From positions 12,315-76,314 of the forward strand of contig JALVJO010000102.1 in NCBI GenBank assembly GCA_027028245.1: a stretch of 64,000 bases of DNA, given 5' to 3'. Source of the stretch: Deltaproteobacteria bacterium. Lineage in GTDB: Bacteria > Desulfobacterota > Dissulfuribacteria > Dissulfuribacterales > QOAL01. Each line of letters opens with the position of its first letter. The first letter of the stretch is position 1. Below are positions 37,299 to 46,296 of the stretch, in pieces. A program made the translations under genes and the position numbers. The notes beneath the pieces are model-generated. The model was given only the letters and a program-made list of their open reading frames with translations, had not been told where the DNA came from and searched no databases.

Positions 37299-38196
37299 AT
37301 CAGGAGAGAAAAGGGGTTTCAGGTCGGGATTTGTAGGGATTATAGGGGCACCCAACGTTGGCAAATCCACGCTTTTGAACTCGATTCTCGGAGAAAAAGT
37401 AGCCATTGCCACCCCCAAGCCCCAGACCACCAGAACCCAGATCAGGGGCATACTCACAGGTGATAACTTCCAGATTGTCTTTGTGGATACTCCGGGAATT
37501 CATTTGTCCAAAAAACTCCTCAACAGAAAACTTGTTCGTGCAGCAGAAAGGGCCGTGGAAGACGTGGACCTGTTGCTGTTCCTGGTGGATGCCACGAGCA
37601 GGAACAGGAAAGAAGAGTTTGCAGTGCTGGATCTCATAAGGAAACTGAAAAAGCCGGTCATACTCGTTCTGAACAAGATAGACAAGGTTGCCAAGGAGAA
37701 CCTCCTGCCGTTGATAAATGAAATGAGCAGCATCTATCACTTCGAGGCGGTGGTTCCTGTTTCTGCAAAATATCTGGACGGCGTCGATGTGCTGCTGGAC
37801 GAGATCCTGAAACATCTGGAGGAAGGCCCCCAGTTTTACGATCACCTTACCACCACTGACCAGTCAAGGGAGAAGATAATAGAGGAGCTCGTCAGGGAAA
37901 AGATCTTTCTGATGGCCGAACAGGAAGTTCCTTATTCCACTGCAGTCCAGGTAGAGGATATAGAGGAAGATGATGAAAAAGCAGTTATCAGGACTGTTAT
38001 ATACGTGGAAAGACCTTCTCAAAAGGGAATCGTTATAGGCAAGAGAGGCAAATTCATAAAAAAGGTCGGGACAATGACCAGGATGGAGCTTGAACGTATA
38101 CTGAAAAAGAAGGTATTTCTTGATCTCTGGGTAAAGGTCATGAAGGACTGGTCCAGGGATGAAAGGGCCCTCCAAAGATTGGGCTTTGAAGACTGA
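37279..38196 (+). CDS. era: GTPase Era
   Basis: 305 aa with G1 GAPNVGKSTLLN, DTPG and NKID motifs and a C-terminal KH domain. It overlaps the rnc stop. Confidence 0.95.
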   Translation: METDRGKSGEKRGFRSGFVGIIGAPNVGKSTLLNSILGEKVAIATPKPQTTRTQIRGILTGDNFQIVFVDTPGIHLSKKLLNRKLVRAAERAVEDVDLLLFLVDATSRNRKEEFAVLDLIRKLKKPVILVLNKIDKVAKENLLPLINEMSSIYHFEAVVPVSAKYLDGVDVLLDEILKHLEEGPQFYDHLTTTDQSREKIIEELVREKIFLMAEQEVPYSTAVQVEDIEEDDEKAVIRTVIYVERPSQKGIVIGKRGKFIKKVGTMTRMELERILKKKVFLDLWVKVMKDWSRDERALQRLGFED

Positions 38197-38200
38197 TAGA

Positions 38201-38249
38201 GACTTTTTTGTCCCATTTTTCCATGCCACCATTGTGACTTTTTTGTCCC
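38201..38249 (+). repeat. direct repeat GACTTTTTTGTCCC x2
   Basis: An identical 14-mer occurs at 38201..38214 and 38236..38249 (35 bp start to start), in the era-lpxC intergenic region. Confidence 0.6.
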
Positions 38250-38331
38250 GCATCTGTTGAAATCTCGTGATTTCTCCTGCTCCTTCTGCGTAACTTCCTG
38301 AAAAAACAGCAATTATAGACTCTATCTCAAG

Positions 38332-38347
38332 TGGCACGTTTTGTGCT
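38332..38347 (+). promoter_or_regulatory. sigma-54-type (-24/-12) promoter candidate upstream of lpxC
   Basis: TGGCACGTTTTGTGCT matches the consensus TGGCACG-N4-TTGCW. GG and GC are at the correct 10-nt spacing and only one -12 flank position is mismatched. It lies 66 nt upstream of the lpxC ATG. Confidence 0.3.
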
Positions 38348-38412
38348 TTCATAGAGAATAATCGAAAAATCAGCAAACAGTCTTTAAGGGAAGGGATAGG
38401 GGCCCTTTTATT

Positions 38413-39351
38413 ATGATGAGTCATTGTCAGAAAACCATAAAAAAGGAAGTGGCAGTTGCCGGCATAGGTCTCCATAGCGGGCAGGAGGTAACAATGACCA
38501 TCAAGCCCGCCAGGGAGGGAACAGGTATCGTATTTGCCAGGACAGATATTCCCTCTGTCCCAGAGATACCAGCGAGGATAGACCATGTGGTTGACTGCCA
38601 CTTTGCTACCACCATCGGCAACGACCGTTGTCGTATCTCCACTATAGAACACCTGATGGCAGCATTTTCAGGAATGGAAATAGATAATGCCAGGGTTGAA
38701 TTGAACGGTCCGGAAGTACCGGCCCTTGACGGCAGTGCATCCGCATATGTAATGCTCTTCAGGGAAGCAGGCCTCAAGGTTCAAAACAGGGCCAGACGTT
38801 ATATAGAAATCCTGGAAGAGGTCTCCTTTACCAATGGAGACAAAAAAGTCACACTTTCGCCCTGCAGTAAGTTTTGCGTGGATTTTACAATAGATTTCGA
38901 ACACCCTGCCATCAGGGCACAGCGTTTCAGGGGCAAAATTGACAGCAGAACCTTCAGAAAGTCCATTGCCAGGGCCAGAACCTTCGGTTTCCTGAAGGAA
39001 GTCGACATGTTGCACAAAAACGGTCTTGCCCTTGGGGCCTCCCTGGATAATGCAGTGGTTATAGGGGCCAAGGCCGTTATCAACAGCGAAGGACTGCGCT
39101 TTTCAGATGAATTTGTCCGCCACAAGGTCCTGGACCTTATAGGGGATTTTTACCTGCTTGGGGCTCCTCTCAAGGCAAGGGTCAAGGCAGTGAAAAGCGG
39201 GCATGAACTGCATTGCAATATAATGAAGTTTTTGGCGGAAACCCCGGCGGCCTGGAGGCTTTCGGGAAGCGAGCCTGAATATCCCGACCGTCTTTCCAGG
39301 TGGGGATATCCCGTGGTGTCTCCTTCCTACGGGCTGGCAGCTTCATTCTGA
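38413..39351 (+). CDS. lpxC: UDP-3-O-acyl-N-acetylglucosamine deacetylase
   Basis: 312 aa with QKTIKKEVAVAGIGLHSG at the N-terminus, TIEHL and HKVLDLIGD motifs. Confidence 0.9.
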   Translation: MMSHCQKTIKKEVAVAGIGLHSGQEVTMTIKPAREGTGIVFARTDIPSVPEIPARIDHVVDCHFATTIGNDRCRISTIEHLMAAFSGMEIDNARVELNGPEVPALDGSASAYVMLFREAGLKVQNRARRYIEILEEVSFTNGDKKVTLSPCSKFCVDFTIDFEHPAIRAQRFRGKIDSRTFRKSIARARTFGFLKEVDMLHKNGLALGASLDNAVVIGAKAVINSEGLRFSDEFVRHKVLDLIGDFYLLGAPLKARVKAVKSGHELHCNIMKFLAETPAAWRLSGSEPEYPDRLSRWGYPVVSPSYGLAASF

Positions 39352-40017
39352 TCTGTCCTGGAAAAGCCCCATTGAATTGAGCCACTTCCAGTTTACGTCA
39401 TAGATTCTTTCCACCTCCTCAGGGGAAAGTCCTGCACCAATTCCGACATTTCTGGCATGGGCTGCATCCATGAAATCGCCGGGTGCATGCCCGTCAGAGT
39501 TTATTACAAGACCGGCTCCCTGAGACCTTGCCATTGCGGCCACGTGTCCGTTGGTAAGGCTGTGGCCCTTTCTTCCGGAAAGTTCCAGTAAGACTCCATT
39601 TTCTGCTGCCAGGCCGACGTCTTCCCGGGAGATCAGACCCGGATGTGCAAGGATGTCAACCCCGGCCTCTATGGCTGCCCTGTTGGTGCCTGGAATTACC
39701 GGTTCCACTATGGTCTCGCCATGGCATACCACAATCCGGGCACCAATGGCCCTGGCCTTGGAGGTCAGTCTTTCTATCCTGGCCGGATGCACATGGGTGA
39801 GCTCTATGCCAGGGATGAGCTTGGTGGCAGAATGTCTGTTTATATCATTGCATGCCCTTGTGATTCCATCCAGGATGAAATCCATGTTGGACTCATCTGC
39901 GTGGTCAGTTACACATACGGCTTCGTAGCCTTTGACTTCAAGACGTCTGACCAGTTCAGAAAGCAGCAGCTCCCCGTCACTGAACAGGCTGTGACAATGC
40001 AGGTCGAACATGAGCAT
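39343..40017 (-). CDS. PHP-domain phosphoesterase (histidinol-phosphatase-like)
   Basis: 224 aa with MFDLHCHSLFSDG, the PHP N-terminal metal motif, plus further His clusters (TDHAD, VCHGE, SDGH). Confidence 0.8.
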   Translation of the reverse strand: MLMFDLHCHSLFSDGELLLSELVRRLEVKGYEAVCVTDHADESNMDFILDGITRACNDINRHSATKLIPGIELTHVHPARIERLTSKARAIGARIVVCHGETIVEPVIPGTNRAAIEAGVDILAHPGLISREDVGLAAENGVLLELSGRKGHSLTNGHVAAMARSQGAGLVINSDGHAPGDFMDAAHARNVGIGAGLSPEEVERIYDVNWKWLNSMGLFQDRSE

Positions 40018-40026
40018 AATTATTCC

Positions 40027-40533
40027 TCACATCTTGTACTTGAATGCATTTGGATCAAGTTCTTCAAGGATTTTGTTCCACTTGTCCTGATCCTTTTCCT
40101 TCCTTTCCCCAGACATGATGGTGGGCTCATTTGCCACGGGCATTGCAGATTTCAAGACCTCCTCACTGACGAAGATATCCGCCCCGGCCCTGAGTGCCAA
40201 AGCCACAGCATCACTTGGCCGTGAATCCACTGTTACAGTCCTGCCGTCGGCTTCAATGCTTATTTCTGCGTAATAGGTGTTGTCCTTCAGTTCTGTTACC
40301 ACGATTTTCTGCAGCTTCACACCTGCCGCATTCAAAAGATTAATTGCCAGGTCATGGGTCATGGGCCTGGCAAACTGGAGCTTTTCCATCTCTGTTGCAA
40401 TGGCAGTAGCCTCGAGAAGCCCTATCCATATTGGAAGTGTCCTGTCTCCCTGTTCTTCCTTCAGGATGAGTATGGGTGAATTGGAATCAGGATCCAGGGT
40501 AATGGCATGTATTATCATCTTGACTGCTTTCAT
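40027..40533 (-). CDS. bifunctional nuclease domain protein (DUF151/BFN)
   Basis: 168 aa. ILILKEEQGDRTLPIWIGLLEATAIA and RPMTHDL are typical of the BFN family. Confidence 0.8.
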   Translation of the reverse strand: MKAVKMIIHAITLDPDSNSPILILKEEQGDRTLPIWIGLLEATAIATEMEKLQFARPMTHDLAINLLNAAGVKLQKIVVTELKDNTYYAEISIEADGRTVTVDSRPSDAVALALRAGADIFVSEEVLKSAMPVANEPTIMSGERKEKDQDKWNKILEELDPNAFKYKM

Positions 40534-40544
40534 GGTATTTCCTC

Positions 40545-41909
40545 TTAATTTACAATCCTGCCCTTAAGGGAATGATGACAGGCCTTTTCTATAAAGACAT
40601 CCAGTATCTCTCCAATAAGTTGGTCACTCCCGGACAGATTTACAACATGGTTGCCGCGGGTACGTCCCTGGAGCTTCATGTTGTGGCCCTTTTCTATGAG
40701 ACACTCCATTACGGTGTTTTCATATCTCTGGTACTGTTTAAGACCTATGGTTTTCTGAAGGTCAATGACCTGGCAGAGCCTTTCCCTTCGAATTTCTTCA
40801 GGCACCTTGTGGCCGAAGCCTGCAGCTGCTGTTGCTGGTCTTTCAGAATATCTGAAGGCAAAGATCTGGTCGAATCTTACGGTCTCGAGGAGTTCAACCG
40901 TGGCCTGAAAATCTTCTTCCGCCTCCCCGGGAAAGCCTACTATGATATCCGTGGTAAGGGTAATTGAAGGACATGCTGCCCGGAGTTTTTCAACCCTTTC
41001 CAGGTATTTTTCTATGCTGTATTTGCGGTTCATGCGCTTCAAAATGCGATTTGATCCTGACTGAACCGGCAGGTGCAGATGTTCGCAGAGGGTTTTAAGC
41101 CCGGGGAAACATTCTATCAGGGGATCTGACAGGTCTTTGGGGTGACTCGTGGTAAACCTGAGTCTGAGACCGGGAAAGCGTCTGTCTATCTCGGTCAGCA
41201 GCCGGGGAAAATCAATATCTTCTCCCAGGCCCTTTCCATATGAATTGACGTTTTGGCCGAGAAGGGTGATGTCTTTTATCCCCTGATTTACCAGGGATTC
41301 GATTTCCCTGATTATGTCAATGGGCGGTCTGCTGGTTTCTCGTCCTCGGACATGGGGCACTATGCAATAGGTGCAGAAATTATCGCATCCCTGCATTATG
41401 GTGACAAATGCCCTGACGTCATTTCTTTCCAGGGCTGGTCCTGCCGTAGCCGGAATATGAAAGTTGTCAGTCAGTCTGGTCAGAGCCAGTCTGGTTTTAC
41501 CCTGTTCCAGGCTCTCAAGCACCCTTGGCAGGCTGTAGATAGCCTGCGGGCCCAGGACCATGTCCACATGGGCCGCCTTTTTGAACAATTGAGACCCCAG
41601 CTGCTGGGCAACGCAGCCCGTCACCCCGATCCTCAGGGACGGGTTTTTGTCTTTAAGGCCTTTGAGCCTTCCCAGCAGGCTGTAAAGTTTATGTTCGGCC
41701 TTTTCTCTTATTGAACAGGTGTTGATGAGAATGAGGTCTGCGTCCTCGGGAAAAGGGGTGAGGACATACTCCCGGCTGAGCATCTGGGCCATTCTCCAGG
41801 AGTCATATTCATTCATTTGGCATCCGAAGGTTATGATATGGCACTTTTTGAGCAGGTTTGGTGCATCAATTCCGCCCTGTGTGTTTATAAGACTTTTCAT
41901 TGTCTTCAT
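40545..41909 (-). CDS. miaB: tRNA-i6A37 methylthiotransferase
   Basis: UPF0004 domain (IITFGCQMNEYDS), radical-SAM CDNFCTYCIVP and a C-terminal TRAM domain. I chose the start at the Met at 41909 because the longer ORF would overlap the upstream gene. Confidence 0.9.
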   Translation of the reverse strand: MKTMKSLINTQGGIDAPNLLKKCHIITFGCQMNEYDSWRMAQMLSREYVLTPFPEDADLILINTCSIREKAEHKLYSLLGRLKGLKDKNPSLRIGVTGCVAQQLGSQLFKKAAHVDMVLGPQAIYSLPRVLESLEQGKTRLALTRLTDNFHIPATAGPALERNDVRAFVTIMQGCDNFCTYCIVPHVRGRETSRPPIDIIREIESLVNQGIKDITLLGQNVNSYGKGLGEDIDFPRLLTEIDRRFPGLRLRFTTSHPKDLSDPLIECFPGLKTLCEHLHLPVQSGSNRILKRMNRKYSIEKYLERVEKLRAACPSITLTTDIIVGFPGEAEEDFQATVELLETVRFDQIFAFRYSERPATAAAGFGHKVPEEIRRERLCQVIDLQKTIGLKQYQRYENTVMECLIEKGHNMKLQGRTRGNHVVNLSGSDQLIGEILDVFIEKACHHSLKGRIVN

Positions 41910-41958
41910 TCCATTGCCTTGTTGGGACCAGTGAGACCGGTTTCCCCATGAAAACAGT

Positions 41959-43572
41959 TCATGGGCTTTTGGGGAATGCAACAAGCAGGGTTTCGTTTTT
42001 CCCTGTCTTTTGGTTTTTAACAATTTCTGCCATAATGATCTGGTTTCCCGCAAGGGATATGCTGCATACTCGTCCCTTCAAATTCATATCCGCCTGATAG
42101 AGTGCCGAGGCGTCCTTGTCTTGTAAAAAAAGCAACAGGCTGTCCCGTAAACGGGCCTTTGGAAGAAACATTATCCCGTTAAATATAATGCCCGGCTCTT
42201 CCAGGCTGGTACGTGACAGGTCAATCAGATCTGCCCTGGCAGGCCCGCAGCATTCAGTGTCCCTGACCACTGGTTTCAATGAGGACCATAGATGTCTTTC
42301 ATTGCCGTAAGCCTTGAAAAATCCGTCAAAACTGACATAAAAAAGAAAACATCCCCTGCCTTGGATATCGGCCGAGGCGGCGCTGTTTACGTTGAAATCT
42401 GCAGGATAATCGGCCTCTTCCACATATTCTATTCCGGAATCCGTGGCTGCAAGCCTGAAAATCTTTCTCCCCCTGAAGCGGGCCCTTTCATATGTCTGCC
42501 CGAAGAGCGCGTCTTTTCTGCCGTCGCAGTCCGTGTCAAGGAAGCCAAGCCACAGGTTGATCTGATCCTGGATGAGGGAGATTGTGCCGTCATGATATTT
42601 CAGGAGCTTTGAGCTGAGTCCTGCCTGATCCAGTGCGGCATTCAGGCACAGCCAGCCCTTGTTTTCCAGGAGGGAAAAACTGCACAGGTGTGAAAAGTCA
42701 ACGAATTTTAAAGATACTACCCGGCCCTGGCGCCTGTAAGGTGCTATGCAGAGCTGGTGTTTCAGGAGGTAGATTATTTCCAGCCTTCCGTCTCCATCGA
42801 GATCGCTGATATTCGCCTGTATCACTTCACGATCCAGGCTTCCAACCAGCTCGGCCTTGGAGAAGTCGAAGACCTCCTTTCTCTGGATGCCTGCTTCCTT
42901 TTCAATGTCTTTTGCCTGGGCAGGCAGCGCTTCCTGGTTCATAAATACAAAGGACGGGGCGAGCTGATAGGACTTGAATTTTTTCATGTCCGGTCCGAAC
43001 ACCTGCAAAGTGTCGCCTTGAACCTCAAAAAGGATGTCTATGCCAAAGGCCTTCATGGATTCCGGGGTGGCCACTGGAGAGGGCTGGGCAGATGGCTCAA
43101 GCCATTTGAACCAGGGCAGGATATCCTTGAGAGAGCCTTCTGGAAGCCCTGGTTCTACCGCTCTTCCCTCAACAAAAAAAGCGGCATTCAATTCTCCGAA
43201 CCTGACGGCAGCATCTCCTTGCCTGGGCGGCATCTGCCTGGATAAAAGAACGCATTCAGAACTGTCTTTCCCGACTTCCATGACCCTGCATACTGCAATC
43301 TTCTTTCTCTGGTATCCCAATATGACCTTGGAGCCGGGCAGGTATAACGGTTCTCCCTTTCGAAAAATTGAGAAAAGATCTCCCTTTGAGACATGCCTGG
43401 AAGCCCCGGCATCCAGAAAAACCATCCCTTCTGCTGCCTTTGAAACCATGGCCTCAACCGGACTGAAATCTTCCTGAAGCTTGTCCCTGAGATCGGCAGC
43501 CTGGCCGGCCAAGGCCCAGGCCAGTGTTGAAATAATTGTTATAAAGAAGATAAAGGGGGTCTTTTCACGCAT
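41959..43572 (-). CDS. secreted protein of unknown function with FG-GAP/VCBS-like Asp-rich loops
   Basis: Starts at MREKTPFIFFITIISTLAWALAGQA (signal peptide). Has DLDGDGRLEII and LDTDCDGRKDALF calcium-loop-like motifs. Confidence 0.6.
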   Translation of the reverse strand: MREKTPFIFFITIISTLAWALAGQAADLRDKLQEDFSPVEAMVSKAAEGMVFLDAGASRHVSKGDLFSIFRKGEPLYLPGSKVILGYQRKKIAVCRVMEVGKDSSECVLLSRQMPPRQGDAAVRFGELNAAFFVEGRAVEPGLPEGSLKDILPWFKWLEPSAQPSPVATPESMKAFGIDILFEVQGDTLQVFGPDMKKFKSYQLAPSFVFMNQEALPAQAKDIEKEAGIQRKEVFDFSKAELVGSLDREVIQANISDLDGDGRLEIIYLLKHQLCIAPYRRQGRVVSLKFVDFSHLCSFSLLENKGWLCLNAALDQAGLSSKLLKYHDGTISLIQDQINLWLGFLDTDCDGRKDALFGQTYERARFRGRKIFRLAATDSGIEYVEEADYPADFNVNSAASADIQGRGCFLFYVSFDGFFKAYGNERHLWSSLKPVVRDTECCGPARADLIDLSRTSLEEPGIIFNGIMFLPKARLRDSLLLFLQDKDASALYQADMNLKGRVCSISLAGNQIIMAEIVKNQKTGKNETLLVAFPKSP

Positions 43573-43797
43573 GTAATTGTTCCGATGCCCTAAATACAGT
43601 CCAGTTTCCAGCAAATAAAGGCTGGCCCCAAGTTCGTAGTATTAATTTCCTGTTTCCCGCCGGCAATTACTTTGATTTCAGAGGATAAATATCCTGAGCC
43701 TAAATTAATAAGAACGCCATGGGATTAAAAGCAAAAAGTAAGGCCAGGAATTGGGCCGCAGGGCAGGTTTTACTGAAATTACGGCCTGAATGTCATA

Positions 43798-45579
43798 TCA
43801 ATATGGTTTGCCCGCGTTCTTTATCCTCTCTAATTCATTCCGGTTGAACGGGCGTGCTCCGTCATGACTTGTGGCCTGCAGCTGTCTGCCCTCCTGGTCC
43901 ACGATCTGTTCCAGTCCAAAGGGTATGTCCAGGCCGTTTCTTATGGGCTGAAAAATTCCATGGCCAAGTCCTGATGCCTTGGGATTTGCATGGCAATCCG
44001 GGCAGGTTCTGGCTCGCCTGCTTATGGTATGGGGCTGAATCGGATTGGAGGCAATGCCGGAGATGCCGTCAAAGGTGGTAAATACCTTGTTATGAATACT
44101 GCATGAGCCGTCCTTTGAAATCTGTGTATAAAAGACCTGGCATCCGGGAATGAAGGGGGATATCTTTCCTTCGGCATTTATGCCCAGCGCAGGACTTTCC
44201 CATCTGAGATAACTTCTTGTCTCATGCCATTTGCAGCAGGTTTTGTCCCTGAAGGCCGCCCTTCCGCCCTGGGATATATCTCCGGGCATGTCATGAGAGA
44301 GCCAGTCATGGGAAAAAGTTGTGCAGTCCTGTTGTGCGTGGCATCCATAGCATTGAGGGGCCCACCTTGAATGACAGGCATAGCATTCCATCCTTTCCAT
44401 ATGTTTAGGGTTGCCCATGGCCTTTTTTGCACCGGGATTTCCCCGTTCCACTATGTCTTTAACCTGGGGAATCACGTACCGCTTACCAGACACGGAAAGA
44501 AGGATTACGTTCCCAGCCTCTTTTTTGACTTTTTTAAGGGGATTTCCCCATGAAGTTTTGAGAAGGCTTGTCTTTATGGGGGTCCCGTGGCAGTCAACGC
44601 ATTCTATCTCCACGGCATTTTCCTTTTTGCTGTATATGTTGCCGTCCCCGTGACAGTCTTGCGCAGTGTGACAGTCTACGCAGTAAAGGCCTTTTTCATA
44701 GTGCACGTCAGGAACCAGGTGATTGTAATACTTGCCGTGAACTTTCCTGGCACCCTTCTTCCCTGGTTTTTCAGACCAGGGCGAGCCGTAACCGTCTGAC
44801 TCCATGGTGCCAATGAAACTTACCCCTGTACGCCCCCCGCGGTTATGACAGTGAATACACTGTTCCGGTGGAATCTTCCTTGAAAGCCTGTGGTGCAGGG
44901 GCCGGGCAGGGGTTTTCTTTTTGTCAGGGTTTTTCAAGGCAATGGCCCTGTCCTTTCCGGCATAAAGCCCGCTGTCTGAGTAGATTACATGACAGGCAGC
45001 ACACCCGCTTGGACGAAAATCGCCGTAGCGTTCCATGCCATAGCTGTAGAGGTGACATCTGAGGCATTCATTCCTGAGGTAATCATATGCGGGGTGGTTT
45101 TCCGGGCCTGGCGGCCTGAATGGATCATATTTTGGTAATGCCTTAAGTTCATGAAGCGCTCCCTTTTTTATGGTGCCGTGTTTGTCCTTCACCTGATAGT
45201 TGGCATAGACTGCCCCCTTTTTTCTCTGTGCACCCCAGGTATAGAGGGTGGCGCTTATGATGCCTGCGCTTGTTGCATGGAGGGATTTTTTAGAGTTTTC
45301 CAGGATAGTTTCATGGCATTGTCCGCAGGTTTGGTCAGCAACCCGGAAATCCGAGGGATTTGCCCACATACCCCTGTGGGCCTCTTCCTGGGAACCTGCT
45401 TCAGGATGGCCTCTGTGGCAAAATTCGCACGGCAGCTCCTTCATGGAGAGAATATCGGAAATTGGTTCAATACCACTGTGACACGACCTGCAGCTGGAAG
45501 CGGCCCCTTGAGCGCCTGGGGCATAAATGACAAGGAATGTCAGAACAAAAAGGAATCGAATGCCTCTGGTTCCAGACAT
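43798..45579 (-). CDS. periplasmic multihaem cytochrome c (11 CxxCH motifs)
   Basis: Signal peptide ..VIYAPGAQGA. I counted 11 CxxCH motifs: CRSCH, CEFCH, CGQCH, CLRCH, CAACH, CIHCH, CVDCH, CVDCH, CYACH, CYGCH, CPDCH. ATG at 45579; the ORF track starts one codon earlier at a TTG. Confidence 0.85.
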   Translation of the reverse strand: MSGTRGIRFLFVLTFLVIYAPGAQGAASSCRSCHSGIEPISDILSMKELPCEFCHRGHPEAGSQEEAHRGMWANPSDFRVADQTCGQCHETILENSKKSLHATSAGIISATLYTWGAQRKKGAVYANYQVKDKHGTIKKGALHELKALPKYDPFRPPGPENHPAYDYLRNECLRCHLYSYGMERYGDFRPSGCAACHVIYSDSGLYAGKDRAIALKNPDKKKTPARPLHHRLSRKIPPEQCIHCHNRGGRTGVSFIGTMESDGYGSPWSEKPGKKGARKVHGKYYNHLVPDVHYEKGLYCVDCHTAQDCHGDGNIYSKKENAVEIECVDCHGTPIKTSLLKTSWGNPLKKVKKEAGNVILLSVSGKRYVIPQVKDIVERGNPGAKKAMGNPKHMERMECYACHSRWAPQCYGCHAQQDCTTFSHDWLSHDMPGDISQGGRAAFRDKTCCKWHETRSYLRWESPALGINAEGKISPFIPGCQVFYTQISKDGSCSIHNKVFTTFDGISGIASNPIQPHTISRRARTCPDCHANPKASGLGHGIFQPIRNGLDIPFGLEQIVDQEGRQLQATSHDGARPFNRNELERIKNAGKPY

Positions 45580-45703
45580 CAAAGGCCCCTGAACTGTTTA
45601 ATCATGATGAAATAGTTTCTCCAATTCCAGGAAGTTTCCAGGAAACTGTCTGCCAGCTTCCTGGATGAGGGCTTATTGGTTGTAATTACCAGATGAAGCC
45701 CTG

Positions 45704-45734
45704 AAAAAAAAAGCCCTTGCATAATGCAAGGGCT
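45704..45734 (-). terminator. rho-independent terminator of dsrC
   Basis: On the minus strand, AGCCCTTGCA-TTA-TGCAAGGGCT forms a 10-bp stem followed by nine T, starting 36 nt after the dsrC stop. Confidence 0.65.
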
Positions 45735-45769
45735 GGTTTTCCTGGTTCAGACTCAGCTGAAGGAAATTT

Positions 45770-46090
45770 TTAGACGCAGCCGGTAGGCTTTGGAAGGCCA
45801 GCCATCTTACAGGCTCCCTTACCTGGTCCTGACGGGAAGAGCTCATAGATCTTCTTCAGAGGATAGCCAGTGGTCTTGGAAAGAATCCTGACCATGGGAG
45901 CGATACCATTCTTCTTGAAGTAGTCCTGAAGAACGTTGATGACCTTCTTGTGGTCTTCAGTCAGCTCGGAAATACCTTCCAGCTCCATGACGTATTCTAC
46001 CCAGTTTTCGTCCCATTCTTCCATTCCTTTGGTCAGGAAGCCGTCTTCATCAACTTCATAAGTTTTACCTTTGTACTCTACGGTTGCCAT
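45770..46090 (-). CDS. dsrC: dissimilatory sulfite reductase-associated protein DsrC
   Basis: 106 aa. The C-terminal arm ..GACKMAGLPKPTGCV carries both conserved cysteines, which distinguishes true DsrC from TusE/RspA. A perfect AGGAGG lies upstream. Confidence 0.9.
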   Translation of the reverse strand: MATVEYKGKTYEVDEDGFLTKGMEEWDENWVEYVMELEGISELTEDHKKVINVLQDYFKKNGIAPMVRILSKTTGYPLKKIYELFPSGPGKGACKMAGLPKPTGCV

Positions 46091-46144
46091 ATTGCCCTCC
46101 TTTTGGATTATTATCTATGTCCGTTATGGCATATCGAGTTCAGT

Positions 46145-46173
46145 TAAATACTATATGCCAAGACTTTTGTCAA
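46145..46173 (-). promoter_or_regulatory. sigma-70-type promoter candidate for dsrC
   Basis: On the minus strand, TTGACA (46173..46168), a 17-nt spacer, then TATTTA (46150..46145). The -10 is weak and the -35 is perfect. Confidence 0.35.
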
Positions 46174-46296
46174 GGCTCGTTAAATTTTTTTCAATATTTG
46201 TTTGATGGCTAAAACTTAATGAAATCAGGATGTTTCTCAGGGGGCAGGCTGAAGGCCCGGCTTGTTTGAATGACTATTCACTTTTTTAATTCCCGT

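Noticed and set aside
37864-38652. 262-aa minus-strand ORF spanning the era 3' end, the intergenic region and the lpxC 5' end
   Set aside because: It is antisense to two well-supported genes (era, lpxC). It has no recognisable motifs or start context and an odd composition. I treat it as a shadow ORF.
45770-46090. Whether the small DsrC-family gene is only a TusE/RspA-type paralogue
   Set aside because: I rejected this because the C-terminal arm carries both cysteines (..ACKMAGLPKPTGCV). That pattern is characteristic of functional DsrC in sulfite reducers, not of single-Cys TusE-like proteins.
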